A stretch of 64,000 nucleotides of DNA from a virus (IMGVR_UViG_3300032225_001437:32001-96000), one strand, 5' to 3'. Shown: positions 8,558 through 15,880, counted from the first letter of the stretch. Made by a program: numbers and translations. Notes: generated from the sequence alone by a model not told the origin.

Positions 8558-8775
8558 TTTACCTTGGCCATGTATTGAAGCATGTCAATTTTACCTTGTT
8601 GCATTTCTAACAAGGCATCAACTGGAGTAACATACGCACCGGTTTCTCGTGCTCGACGCTTGAGTTCACGCAGACGTTGTGATACAGCAACGATCATGTC
8701 GTAACGAGAGCCAGCAAGCCCTACACATTTTTCAAGATCAACTTGGCTACTACGACTATCAACGATTGGTTTCAT
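8554..8775 (-). CDS. rpoZ: RNA polymerase omega subunit homologue
   Basis: GSRYDMIVAVSQRLREL and TPVDALLEMQQGKI align with RpoZ GNRFDLVLVAARRARQ / TTVIALREIEEGLI. Confidence 0.7.
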   Translation of the reverse strand: MKPIVDSRSSQVDLEKCVGLAGSRYDMIVAVSQRLRELKRRARETGAYVTPVDALLEMQQGKIDMLQYMAKVK

Positions 8776-8798
8776 ATCTTCTCCTGTTGTAAATGTAT

Positions 8799-8827
8799 AT
8801 TATACACTAAAAAATACTGACAGTCAA
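8799..8827 (-). promoter_or_regulatory. sigma70-type promoter
   Basis: TTGACT-N17-TATAAT. Confidence 0.75.
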
Positions 8828-8844
8828 GCATTAATTTTTAAAAC

Positions 8845-8921
8845 TGGTGCCCCGGGAAGGATTTGAACCTTCAACAGCTCCCTTCTGAGGAGAGTGCGTC
8901 TACCAATTGCGCCACCGGGGT
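8845..8921 (-). tRNA. tRNA-Leu(CAG) with a short variable loop and an A1:C72 mismatch
   Basis: Leu-type D arm GGCGCAATTGGTAGACGC; anticodon arm CTCTC-CTCAGAA-GGGAG; 5-nt variable region. Confidence 0.85.
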
Positions 8922-8935
8922 CGACGTATTTAATA

Positions 8936-9013
8936 TGGAGCAACGGGCTGGATTTGAACCAGCGGTTTTAGGGATTTGCAATCCCTTGCATTGGGCCGCT
9001 CTGCCACCGTTGC
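8936..9013 (-). tRNA. tRNA-Cys(GCA)
   Basis: AGGGA-TTGCAAA-TCCCT; U73; CCA. Confidence 0.93.
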
Positions 9014-9021
9014 CTTGCTAC

Positions 9022-9096
9022 TGGGGTACTGTAAGAGTATCGATCTCTTGCTACGAGCTCCACAAACTCGGGTGCTACCATTACACCAACAATACC
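9022..9096 (-). tRNA. tRNA-His(GUG)
   Basis: G-1:C73, GTG anticodon; atypical T-loop ATCGATA. Confidence 0.88.
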
Positions 9097-9102
9097 ATTG
9101 TC

Positions 9103-9176
9103 TGGAGCGGGATATCGGAATCGAACCGATGACGAAAGATTGGAAATCTTTAGTTTTGCCCCTAAACTAATCCCGC
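9103..9176 (-). tRNA. tRNA-Gly(UCC)
   Basis: GCGGG acceptor, TCC anticodon, U73. Confidence 0.93.
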
Positions 9177-9184
9177 ATAAAAAC

Positions 9185-9269
9185 TGGTGCGACTGGCCAG
9201 AATCGAACTGGCACGCCCGCAAGCGAGAGATTTTAAGTCTCTTGTGTCTACCTATTTCACCACAGTCGC
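9185..9269 (-). tRNA. tRNA-Leu(UAA)
   Basis: AGAGA-CTTAAAA-TCTCT; long variable arm. Confidence 0.95.
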
Positions 9270-9289
9270 AAAATATCTCTCTAACTAAC

Positions 9290-9364
9290 TGGCACTCGGA
9301 AGGGGAATCGAACCCCTCTTCCCGCCGTGAAAGGGCGGTGTCCTAACCGATAGACGACCCGAGC
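9290..9364 (-). tRNA. tRNA-Glu(UUC)
   Basis: CCGCC-CTTTCAC-GGCGG. Confidence 0.95.
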
Positions 9365-9371
9365 GTAAATC

Positions 9372-9456
9372 TGGTGGAGAATACTGGGATCGAACCAGTC
9401 GTACCCGAAGGCGGCGGATTTACAGTCCACTGCATCACCATTGATGCTTCTTCTCC
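9372..9456 (-). tRNA. tRNA-Tyr(GUA)
   Basis: CTGTAAA loop, long variable arm, CCA. Confidence 0.92.
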
Positions 9457-9460
9457 AAAA

Positions 9461-9531
9461 ACATATAAGAACACACTCACGTTTCTAGTGTCTCTGTTGG
9501 CTATGGGCCAACCGAATGTGTTCATATATGC
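9461..9531 (-). ncRNA. small structured RNA candidate (long closing stem)
   Basis: GCATATATGAACACATTC...GAGTGTGTTCTTATATGT pairs over about 17 bp and encloses the hairpin GTTGGC-CCATA-GCCAAC. Confidence 0.45.
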
Positions 9532-9756
9532 TCTTCAGCCCCCGGCGGTCAACTATATTCTAAACTCTGCAACACCCTACTGGTGTCGCCTCTGGTTGGC
9601 CGATCAGCCTCAGCAGAGAAACAAGTTAGACCTCATCCGCTACACGACAGGGCTCGTTATCGCATTGCCAGCGCCAGTTGGGGTTAGACTGGGACCACCC
9701 GTAGCAGTCAGCTACTTCTCATCGTGTGGGTCACACTAGCCGACGACACTCGGCAC
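9532..9756 (-). ncRNA. manA-like structured RNA
   Basis: GC-rich multi-hairpin region between tRNAs; the element order hairpin-UAGUGUG, GAUGAGAAG-hairpin-GGUGGU, CUGGCAAUG, CCUGUC matches my recollection of the manA motif. Confidence 0.55.
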
Positions 9757-9761
9757 GTTCT

Positions 9762-9838
9762 TGGTCGGAGTACGAGGGTTCGAACCTCGGACCTCCTGGT
9801 CCCAAACCAGGCGCACTACCAGGCTGTGCTATACTCCG
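9762..9838 (-). tRNA. tRNA-Pro(UGG)
   Basis: CGGAGT acceptor; CCTGG-TTTGGGA-CCAGG. Confidence 0.95.
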
Positions 9839-9840
9839 AC

Positions 9841-10044
9841 TTATTTCTTATCAAACTTGGGATCTTCGTAGATCACTTCTTTTTCTTCTTTATGCATGTA
9901 GTCTGGAAGCAAATTCCAACCCCAACTTTTCCAATACTTGTAAATGATATTATTAATAACCACCGCAGCGATTACAATAATAATAAATCCAAGTGCTGTC
10001 AAAATACTACCTGCTAAAAACACTGCCGCCTGATCAATATCCAT
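9841..10044 (-). CDS. small membrane protein
   Basis: One long hydrophobic segment; GAGG SD. Confidence 0.7.
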   Translation of the reverse strand: MDIDQAAVFLAGSILTALGFIIIVIAAVVINNIIYKYWKSWGWNLLPDYMHKEEKEVIYEDPKFDKK

Positions 10045-10057
10045 GTTTACCTCTTAA

Positions 10058-10131
10058 TGGTTGCGGGTCCTGGAATCGCACCAGGGACTAGAGCTTATGA
10101 GACTCTCGAGATACTCCTTCTCCAACCCGCG
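10058..10131 (-). tRNA. tRNA-Met(CAU) with an initiator-type acceptor stem
   Basis: CGCGGG...CCCGCAACCA (C1:A72 mismatch), CTCATAA loop; lacks the three G:C pairs of the initiator anticodon stem. Confidence 0.85.
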
Positions 10132-10143
10132 ATCGAAAACACT

Positions 10144-10172
10144 ATTTTACACTAACTGCTATACCTTGTCAA
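10144..10172 (-). promoter_or_regulatory. internal sigma70-type promoter in the tRNA array
   Basis: TTGACA-N17-TAAAAT just upstream of tRNA-Met. Confidence 0.65.
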
Positions 10173-10180
10173 ACTGTTTC

Positions 10181-10254
10181 TGGCGAATCCCCAGAGACTC
10201 GAACTCCGACGAACGGTTTTGGAGACCGTTATGCTGCCATTACATCAGGGACTC
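10181..10254 (-). tRNA. tRNA-Trp(CCA)
   Basis: ACGGT-CTCCAAA-ACCGT; G73. Confidence 0.92.
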
Positions 10255-10260
10255 AACTTC

Positions 10261-10335
10261 TGGCGGTCTCGACGAGAATCGAACTCGTCCCATCCCCGTG
10301 ACAGGGGGATATTCTAACCAATAAACTACGAGACC
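10261..10335 (-). tRNA. tRNA-Asp(GUC)
   Basis: TCCCC-CTGTCAC-GGGGA; G73. Confidence 0.95.
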
Positions 10336-10345
10336 GTTTAAAACT

Positions 10346-10951
10346 TTACATCGCAGGACCGTTGCCGTTCCTGAATCCAACTTCACCACCTTCTGCTTCG
10401 ATGCGTCGGATCACGTCTTCAAACAAGATCGGAGCAAAATCAGTTTGTTCCACGCAAACGCAATGATAACGAACATCATTCTCGTCACTGTATAAAACTT
10501 CACCGGTCTTAGCATCGACACCACGAGCCCGCTTGACACGATTTGCGTGTAAGTGTCCATGGATGTTGACACCAAAACGACCAAGGCTTTCTGCGTGAAC
10601 AGGAATATGACTCAATATCATTCCGTTCATGACATGATATGCTCTAAGCTCACGAAAGTGTTCACGATATTCCTCATCACGAAAAATGTCGTGGTTACCA
10701 CGGATTAAGATCTTGTCGCCGTTTAAGCGACTCATGATCTTTAATGCCTTGCGGTTGATGACAACGTCGCCTAAGTGGTAGACCTTGTCAGTGGGCTTGA
10801 CTCTTTCGTTCCAAGCCTTGACCATAGCTTCGTCCATTTCCTCAGGACTATCCCAAGGACGTAACTTTGTAACACCGTCATTACGGGTGAAGCGGCAGAC
10901 GCCGGTATGTCCGAAATGTGTGTCGCTTACTAAAAATACACTAGGCATCAT
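10346..10951 (-). CDS. calcineurin-like metallophosphoesterase
   Basis: SDTHFGH, HLGD, GNHD, SHIP, HGHLH motifs; AAGGAGG SD before MMPSV. Confidence 0.9.
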   Translation of the reverse strand: MMPSVFLVSDTHFGHTGVCRFTRNDGVTKLRPWDSPEEMDEAMVKAWNERVKPTDKVYHLGDVVINRKALKIMSRLNGDKILIRGNHDIFRDEEYREHFRELRAYHVMNGMILSHIPVHAESLGRFGVNIHGHLHANRVKRARGVDAKTGEVLYSDENDVRYHCVCVEQTDFAPILFEDVIRRIEAEGGEVGFRNGNGPAM

Positions 10952-10979
10952 GCCCTCCTTTCTTTTAACTGTTACTATT

Positions 10980-11008
10980 ATTATAGCAAATGGACTATTT
11001 TGGGTCAA
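10980..11008 (-). promoter_or_regulatory. sigma70-type early promoter (TTGACC family)
   Basis: TTGACC-N17-TATAAT. Confidence 0.8.
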
Positions 11009-11039
11009 CCTACTAATTTGTAATACTTTTGTATTAACG

Positions 11040-11345
11040 TCAAGCAGTCAGCCACTTTTCATTGGATTCCAATACCAGACTTTCTGCTCCATCATATTCA
11101 TCAATGCGGAAACGAGCTCCTGCTGGCACCCACTTTACTTCTAAATCTTTCAGCCCTCCGCAATACACATCTGGATACTTTAATTCCATATAGGTAACAA
11201 TTTTATCAAAATTTTCTTGCTCAACCCACTCTACAATGCTAGGATCATAGATCAATTGTTCATTGCCGTGCCAGGTATACCAACCAGCACCGTAGCCAGG
11301 GCTTACCAACACAGCTACTCGACCATCACGAATTAATTTTTTCAT
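11040..11345 (-). CDS. hypothetical phage protein
   Basis: VAVLVSPGYGAGWYTW...FRIDEYDGAESL. Confidence 0.75.
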   Translation of the reverse strand: MKKLIRDGRVAVLVSPGYGAGWYTWHGNEQLIYDPSIVEWVEQENFDKIVTYMELKYPDVYCGGLKDLEVKWVPAGARFRIDEYDGAESLVLESNEKWLTA

Positions 11346-11484
11346 TGTTTTTTAATTTCTTTACTGCATCAATTTGTGCTATCATCGCTTCGACCTGTGC
11401 TCGGGCCCGAGCGACCTTACTCTCAAGCAAGGCCATACGTTCTTCTGGATTTAAAAAAAATTTATTTTCTTTGTTGTCTGTCAT
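11326..11484 (-). CDS. 52-aa coiled-coil hypothetical protein
   Basis: Manual translation MTDNKENKFFLNPEERMALLESKVARARAQVEAMIAQ...; first gene after the attenuator. Confidence 0.5.
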   Translation of the reverse strand: MTDNKENKFFLNPEERMALLESKVARARAQVEAMIAQIDAVKKLKNNEKINS

Positions 11485-11498
11485 ATTTTTCTCTCAAT

Positions 11499-11529
11499 AA
11501 AAAACCCCGGACTGTTTAGTTTCGGGGTT
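11499..11529 (-). terminator. intrinsic terminator of the putative attenuator
   Basis: AACCCCGAAACT-AAAC-AGTCCGGGGTT followed by a U-run. Confidence 0.8.
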
Positions 11530-11553
11530 GTTGAATAAAGTTAAAACTTACTG

Positions 11554-11649
11554 CTATTCAAAACCCACCCTACAATCTTCACAGCCATAGACCCACAGTC
11601 CAATTATTGGATTGTTTGCTAAAGAAGGATGCAAGTTATTAATCATCAT
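11554..11649 (-). CDS. putative attenuator leader peptide (31 aa, leaderless)
   Basis: MMINNLHPSLANNPIIGLWVYGCEDCRVGFE*; ATG 7 nt after the -10 box; the stop lies in the antiterminator arm. Confidence 0.7.
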   Translation of the reverse strand: MMINNLHPSLANNPIIGLWVYGCEDCRVGFE

Positions 11650-11656
11650 AGTAAGT

Positions 11657-11685
11657 ATTATACAGGTTTATTTATGCCGTGTCAA
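11657..11685 (-). promoter_or_regulatory. sigma70-type promoter with an embedded TAAATA
   Basis: TTGACA-cggcataaataaacctg-TATAAT. Confidence 0.85.
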
Positions 11686-11703
11686 CCAGCGTATTGCCAA
11701 AAT

Positions 11704-11726
11704 AAAAGGCCCCGAAGGGCCTTTTT
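11704..11726. terminator. bidirectional intrinsic terminator
   Basis: AAAAGGCCC-CGAA-GGGCCTTTTT. Confidence 0.85.
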
Positions 11727-11750
11727 GAGAACTCTAATCAAACTGTTTGA

Positions 11751-12476
11751 TTAGAATGATTTTGCTACAGAGAAAACTGCGGCATTGCGATACAACTTTT
11801 GACCATTTACGGTGTTGGCTGTGTTGAACGCTGTAGTCTTGTCGCCGTTGGTGTAATACTTGGCGGCCAAGTTCCAACCTTGTAAGTCGTAACCTACACC
11901 AAAGTTGTAGTCGTTATAGTCCAATGAAGAACTATTAGCAACATTAGTCTTACCTGCGTGAGCAAGCAAACTGATCTTTGAACCAGCGATTGGATATGCT
12001 ACATCAGCTTGGTAGTATGCTGTGCCTTGAGCATTGGCTGTACCAAAGTAGCCATTACCCAATGTACGATTATACTTGACGCTTACTGGACCATAACCTA
12101 GACCAACATAACCTTCGTATGTGTCAAAGTTTGAACCTGTACGAGCTGAGGTAGTGGCACGTGGATAAAAATAATTATAAGAACCAACATCAAGTGTTAG
12201 ACCTTTGTAAATATCTTTCTTCCAACCAGCATATACATCTGACTCAACACCTGAACCGTTTGTGTAAACTTGTGAGCTTACTGAACTGTTCCAGTTACCG
12301 ATATAGAAACCGCTTGAGTGAGCGTAGTCAATACCGCCTTGGACAGCAGGAGCATTTTGGGATTGGCTGATACCACGGAAGCGGTAGTCTGAGGTCAATC
12401 CTAAATTGCCAGATACTTGAGCGTGAGCTGAAGTAATGCCAGCCAATACGAATAATGCTAATAATAATTTCTTCAT
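11751..12476 (-). CDS. TorF-family (TIGR02001-like) putative outer-membrane porin
   Basis: Signal peptide; SDYRFRGISQS..PAVQGGIDY...GFYIGNWNS; C-terminal Phe. Confidence 0.88.
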   Translation of the reverse strand: MKKLLLALFVLAGITSAHAQVSGNLGLTSDYRFRGISQSQNAPAVQGGIDYAHSSGFYIGNWNSSVSSQVYTNGSGVESDVYAGWKKDIYKGLTLDVGSYNYFYPRATTSARTGSNFDTYEGYVGLGYGPVSVKYNRTLGNGYFGTANAQGTAYYQADVAYPIAGSKISLLAHAGKTNVANSSSLDYNDYNFGVGYDLQGWNLAAKYYTNGDKTTAFNTANTVNGQKLYRNAAVFSVAKSF

Positions 12477-12596
12477 TTGTTTTATTTCCTTTTAAAAGTA
12501 ATGCTTAGAATAATATTTAGTGGTTTTTACTAGTGGCCAGTAATTTTTGCACACTTTCCTGCCATTTTTATAGTTAACGGCGTAGTTAACTAAGTT

Positions 12597-12623
12597 AAAA
12601 GAAACCCGCCGAAGCGGGTTCTT
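12597..12623 (-). terminator. intrinsic terminator after the tmRNA
   Basis: AACCCGC-TTCG-GCGGGTTTCTTTT. Confidence 0.85.
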
Positions 12624-12624
12624 A

Positions 12625-12932
12625 CTATTTTCTGTTACGAGGTATAATTACCCTAAGCAGTGATTAAACTGCTAAAGATTGGCGTTGTGCTGAACGAGCA
12701 GAGAACTTGACGTTCTTACCAGATACAGTTACTTCGCCTTTAGATGCGTTTGCATTTAAAGTATTTGCTTGATTTACAGTCATCGCCTACTGTGTTGCCT
12801 CTTTCGCTATCTCACCATGTCGAATCCAAATACAGGCCCACCTAAATATACTATATCAATATACTTAGGTGGACCTGCCCGGGGTCGAACCGGGGTCCAC
12901 AGTGCCTTCACTACGAAGGAATTACAACAATT
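12625..12932 (-). ncRNA. ssrA: two-piece (circularly permuted) tmRNA
   Basis: The acceptor piece (T-arm CCCGG-TTCGACC-CCGGG, CAGGTCCACC ending at 12868) precedes an AT-rich hairpin spacer and the coding piece starting GGGCCTG...GGATTCGAC at 12839; G3:U70; tag ORF 12664-12753. Confidence 0.88.
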
Positions 12933-12944
12933 CTTTATTTAATG

Positions 12945-13214
12945 TTAAACAGCTTCGGCTGTTGCAGCCGTTGGTGCTGGACTAAATCCGTTGCAAAGTG
13001 CTACATACCCAGTTGCATCATTAATATCTGACCAACGATTTACATAGGTAAGCGTAGGTTCATTAAACATATCTACTCCAACTTGGCGACCTGCGGCAAT
13101 AACATCTTTTTTAAAGTTGCTTATTGCTAGCTGTTCTGATGCAGTAACTGGTCTGCCAAAAACTATAGTGCTTTGAGCGTTGGCAAGAAATTGTGTCTGT
13201 GCTAATTTTGTCAT
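12945..13214 (-). CDS. hypothetical protein
   Basis: ORF with an AAGGAG SD and an upstream TAAATA. Confidence 0.7.
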   Translation of the reverse strand: MTKLAQTQFLANAQSTIVFGRPVTASEQLAISNFKKDVIAAGRQVGVDMFNEPTLTYVNRWSDINDATGYVALCNGFSPAPTAATAEAV

Positions 13215-13268
13215 TGTAAAACTCCTTTTTGTTATGCGCTATTATTTACTAACAGCAGTATTAACTAC

Positions 13269-13472
13269 TTATGCAGGCACAATATTTGATGCCTGCTTGC
13301 CTTTTGGGCCTTGTACCAAATCAAATTTTACCACTTGATTTTCTTTCAATGTTTTAAATCCATTGATATTGATTGCTGAAAAATGTGCAAATACATCTTC
13401 TCCACCGTCGTCGGGTGTGATAAATCCAAAACCTTTTGCATCATTAAACCATTTTACTTTACCTACTACCAT
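13269..13472 (-). CDS. csp: cold-shock domain protein
   Basis: [33 protein letters not shown]. Confidence 0.97.
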   Translation of the reverse strand: MVVGKVKWFNDAKGFGFITPDDGGEDVFAHFSAININGFKTLKENQVVKFDLVQGPKGKQASNIVPA

Positions 13473-13506
13473 AATATACTGCTTCCTTTTAAATTAATCA
13501 TGAGTG

Positions 13507-13677
13507 CTAATTATAGCCTTTTACAACATTGTTGTCAACCTTGGGATTACCTTTTGCATGAGCATCTAAAAAAGCACGATCACGCTCGGCCGGCAACTTT
13601 CCACAACTTAACCGATCCCATTCTTTTTCGGAATAGTAATACTGATTAACAGGTTTTTTCTGCTGTTCCACGATCAT
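13507..13677 (-). CDS. hypothetical protein
   Basis: Start moved to MIVEQQ so it does not overlap the tRNA. Confidence 0.55.
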   Translation of the reverse strand: MIVEQQKKPVNQYYYSEKEWDRLSCGKLPAERDRAFLDAHAKGNPKVDNNVVKGYN

Positions 13678-13692
13678 GTTATTTAGCGTGTT

Positions 13693-13767
13693 TGGTGGGC
13701 CAGCTTGGAATTGAACCAAGACTCGACCGATTATGAGTCGGTTGCTTTACCATTAAGCTACTGGCCC
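13693..13767 (-). tRNA. tRNA-Ile2(CAU) (lysidine type)
   Basis: GGGCC acceptor, ACCGA-CTCATAA-TCGGT; has its own promoter TTGACA-N17-TATACT at 13776-13804. Confidence 0.85.
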
Positions 13768-13784
13768 TAGCGTATAGTATAACA

Positions 13785-14156
13785 CTAGGGCTCGTAGTTG
13801 TCAAGGAATTGTTGTAAATTTCCGTATAGGTTTACCATTACCGCTTCCCGGCTGCCAAAAAATATAATTTTTTTAGGTATGCCTTTGACTGCATGAATAT
13901 AGTAGGGCATTTGCATTTTGCGGTCTAATTTTAAGATAAGCTGTTTGTTAAACGTATGTGGATCGTCAATACTGTATGAGTAATGCTCTAGTTCCAGATC
14001 CTCAGCAAGTGTTTGATAACCAATGCTGGTCAATCTCATACCACCGTTGCGTCTTAAATTAAACCACCAACTGGGAACGGCACTTTCTACGCTGATACGT
14101 TGTTCATCGGGTAGTAGTGCAATTAACTCTTGTGTGAGTTTTCTTTTATCACGCAC
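13785..14156 (-). CDS. hypothetical protein
   Basis: ORF in a co-directional gene run. Confidence 0.75.
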   Translation of the reverse strand: MRDKRKLTQELIALLPDEQRISVESAVPSWWFNLRRNGGMRLTSIGYQTLAEDLELEHYSYSIDDPHTFNKQLILKLDRKMQMPYYIHAVKGIPKKIIFFGSREAVMVNLYGNLQQFLDNYEP

Positions 14157-14157
14157 A

Positions 14158-14445
14158 TCAAGGATAAATCGATTGCCCTGCTGTCAACAGAACCACAGTG
14201 AACTTTTCGGTTTTAAATTGCGTGTTTAATTTTTTTGCCAAGTTCTTGGCATGGCCAGGATTTGAGAATGAAACTTTTTTGTATTTTGGCCCGGGATATT
14301 GGACCAGGAGGTTTGATGTTTTGAGATTGATAGGCTTGGCGTCATAGAATACAGCCCACACACCTTCTGAAGCTAAAACCTGCTCACACTTATAGGTAGA
14401 CTTGTTTGTGTGCTCAATTAATACGTTGGGTTTTGGACGACTCAT
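14158..14445 (-). CDS. hypothetical protein
   Basis: AGGAG SD; YPGPKYKKVSFSNPGHA. Confidence 0.8.
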   Translation of the reverse strand: MSRPKPNVLIEHTNKSTYKCEQVLASEGVWAVFYDAKPINLKTSNLLVQYPGPKYKKVSFSNPGHAKNLAKKLNTQFKTEKFTVVLLTAGQSIYP

Positions 14446-14490
14446 ATCATTAAACTCCTATATTTTATTTATCTAGAAATATAGGTAGTT

Positions 14491-14706
14491 TTAGAATGTT
14501 CCGCCTTCCATTTTTACGGTGATTACTTCGGTGTCTTTTTGGAGGGTTTGCACTGTTTGTTCACGTAAAGCCTGAAGTTCTAATAAAAGTCTAGTGATGT
14601 CAGCGTGTAAGTCCTGAGCATCTTTAATGCTCATTATGAAGTCTCGAGCACCTCGGGCCTGCTGACCTTGAACTCGTTCAACAAATTTATTTAGATGAAT
14701 TGTCAT
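14491..14706 (-). CDS. hypothetical protein
   Basis: Start at MTIHLNKF. Confidence 0.7.
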   Translation of the reverse strand: MTIHLNKFVERVQGQQARGARDFIMSIKDAQDLHADITRLLLELQALREQTVQTLQKDTEVITVKMEGGTF

Positions 14707-15145
14707 GGGCTTCGTGTTCTGAGTAGTATGGACCTTGATACGGATAGCGTTGTAACACAATTAACTTTGGTGACAACACTGTTCGCCAATGACGACCTTT
14801 ACGAACATTATACCAACCGGCTGAAAACCAACTTTTACTTTTGTTGGTCTTGGTATAGACTGGTAGTTGTTGACTAACGTTCCACATGGGATTATATACT
14901 CGACCTGCGACTGGGTAGCCATGAACATGGTCCACGGTTGTCTTGGGTCGAGAAATTTTCACTGCCGGTTCAAATTCAATATTGGCAGTTCGGGCTGCAA
15001 TTTTTATAGTCTTATATTGTGCAATTTGATTGTTGATCTTTACTTGATAACCACCGTCGCAGGCCTCGATATTTCCGACCTTTTGATTATTTTCTTGTAG
15101 GATCCAAAACTGCTTGTCTACTACGGGCTTTGCTATTAATGTCAT
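14687..15145 (-). CDS. hypothetical protein
   Basis: AAGGAG SD; overlapping gene run. Confidence 0.75.
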   Translation of the reverse strand: MTLIAKPVVDKQFWILQENNQKVGNIEACDGGYQVKINNQIAQYKTIKIAARTANIEFEPAVKISRPKTTVDHVHGYPVAGRVYNPMWNVSQQLPVYTKTNKSKSWFSAGWYNVRKGRHWRTVLSPKLIVLQRYPYQGPYYSEHEAHDNSSK

Positions 15146-15342
15146 TTTGATGACTCCTTTTGTTTTTGTCTACACTCTTGTTTCATAGCCGGTGTGTAGT
15201 CCGGCGAAATTTCTGCAATGCGGCAATCATAGACCGCTTCATGGGGCAACACTGAATAAATGCCATATAACAAAGAAATTAGTGCGGCTCCTAATACAAA
15301 CAATATTGGCCACATGATTAAATGTTCTTTAATAGTTGTCAT
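15142..15342 (-). CDS. small membrane protein
   Basis: TM helix followed by YDCRIAEISPDY..ECR. Confidence 0.7.
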   Translation of the reverse strand: MTTIKEHLIMWPILFVLGAALISLLYGIYSVLPHEAVYDCRIAEISPDYTPAMKQECRQKQKESSK

Positions 15343-15880
15343 CGTATTCCATTGATTTCCATCCCAAGCTGTTTAAGTCTTGTTCGATTTCTTCTGTTAC
15401 AGTACCTTCGGGGACATAGCCAGTTCGTTGTTGCCATGCTTCGTTGGTTTCTTTACTGTCATACTCTTGATTCAGGCCGCCCATGCCCGAACAATACCAA
15501 TCAATGTAGTCACCCTTTTCCAGCATATCTGCAACAACCCCGCCGGCGTGTCGCCAACTGCACGACCAACGTTGGTCTTTGAGTATGGGCATAACTGCTA
15601 TTTTTTGAAACTGCATGTTGCACATGGCCGCATAGAGATTTTGTGCATAAGCATCACTGGCTTTGACCTTGTCGCAAATCCATTTGTTGCTGCGCAGATC
15701 ATACTCCAAGTTGTCTTGTTGCCACTCCGGGTCCACAAGATTTGCCTCATCTTGCTCCTTAGCTGATTTCCAAAAGTTTTCATAGAACTCTGGAACTTCC
15801 TTGTTATCTTCTGCGGCACGTTGCTTGGCAGCCTCAAGCTGGAAGGTATGTCGTTCAGGACTATTTGATACTTTCTTCAC
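15329..15880 (-). CDS. hypothetical protein
   Basis: YAQNLYAAMCN, WSCSWR, YIDWYCSG. Confidence 0.75.
   Translation of the reverse strand: MKKVSNSPERHTFQLEAAKQRAAEDNKEVPEFYENFWKSAKEQDEANLVDPEWQQDNLEYDLRSNKWICDKVKASDAYAQNLYAAMCNMQFQKIAVMPILKDQRWSCSWRHAGGVVADMLEKGDYIDWYCSGMGGLNQEYDSKETNEAWQQRTGYVPEGTVTEEIEQDLNSLGWKSMEYDDNY

Noticed and set aside
8863-10324. ORFs overlapping the tRNA array (8863, 8968, 8976, 9098, 9343, 9374, 9724, 10061)
   Set aside because: They overlap clear tRNA or structured-RNA genes and are spurious
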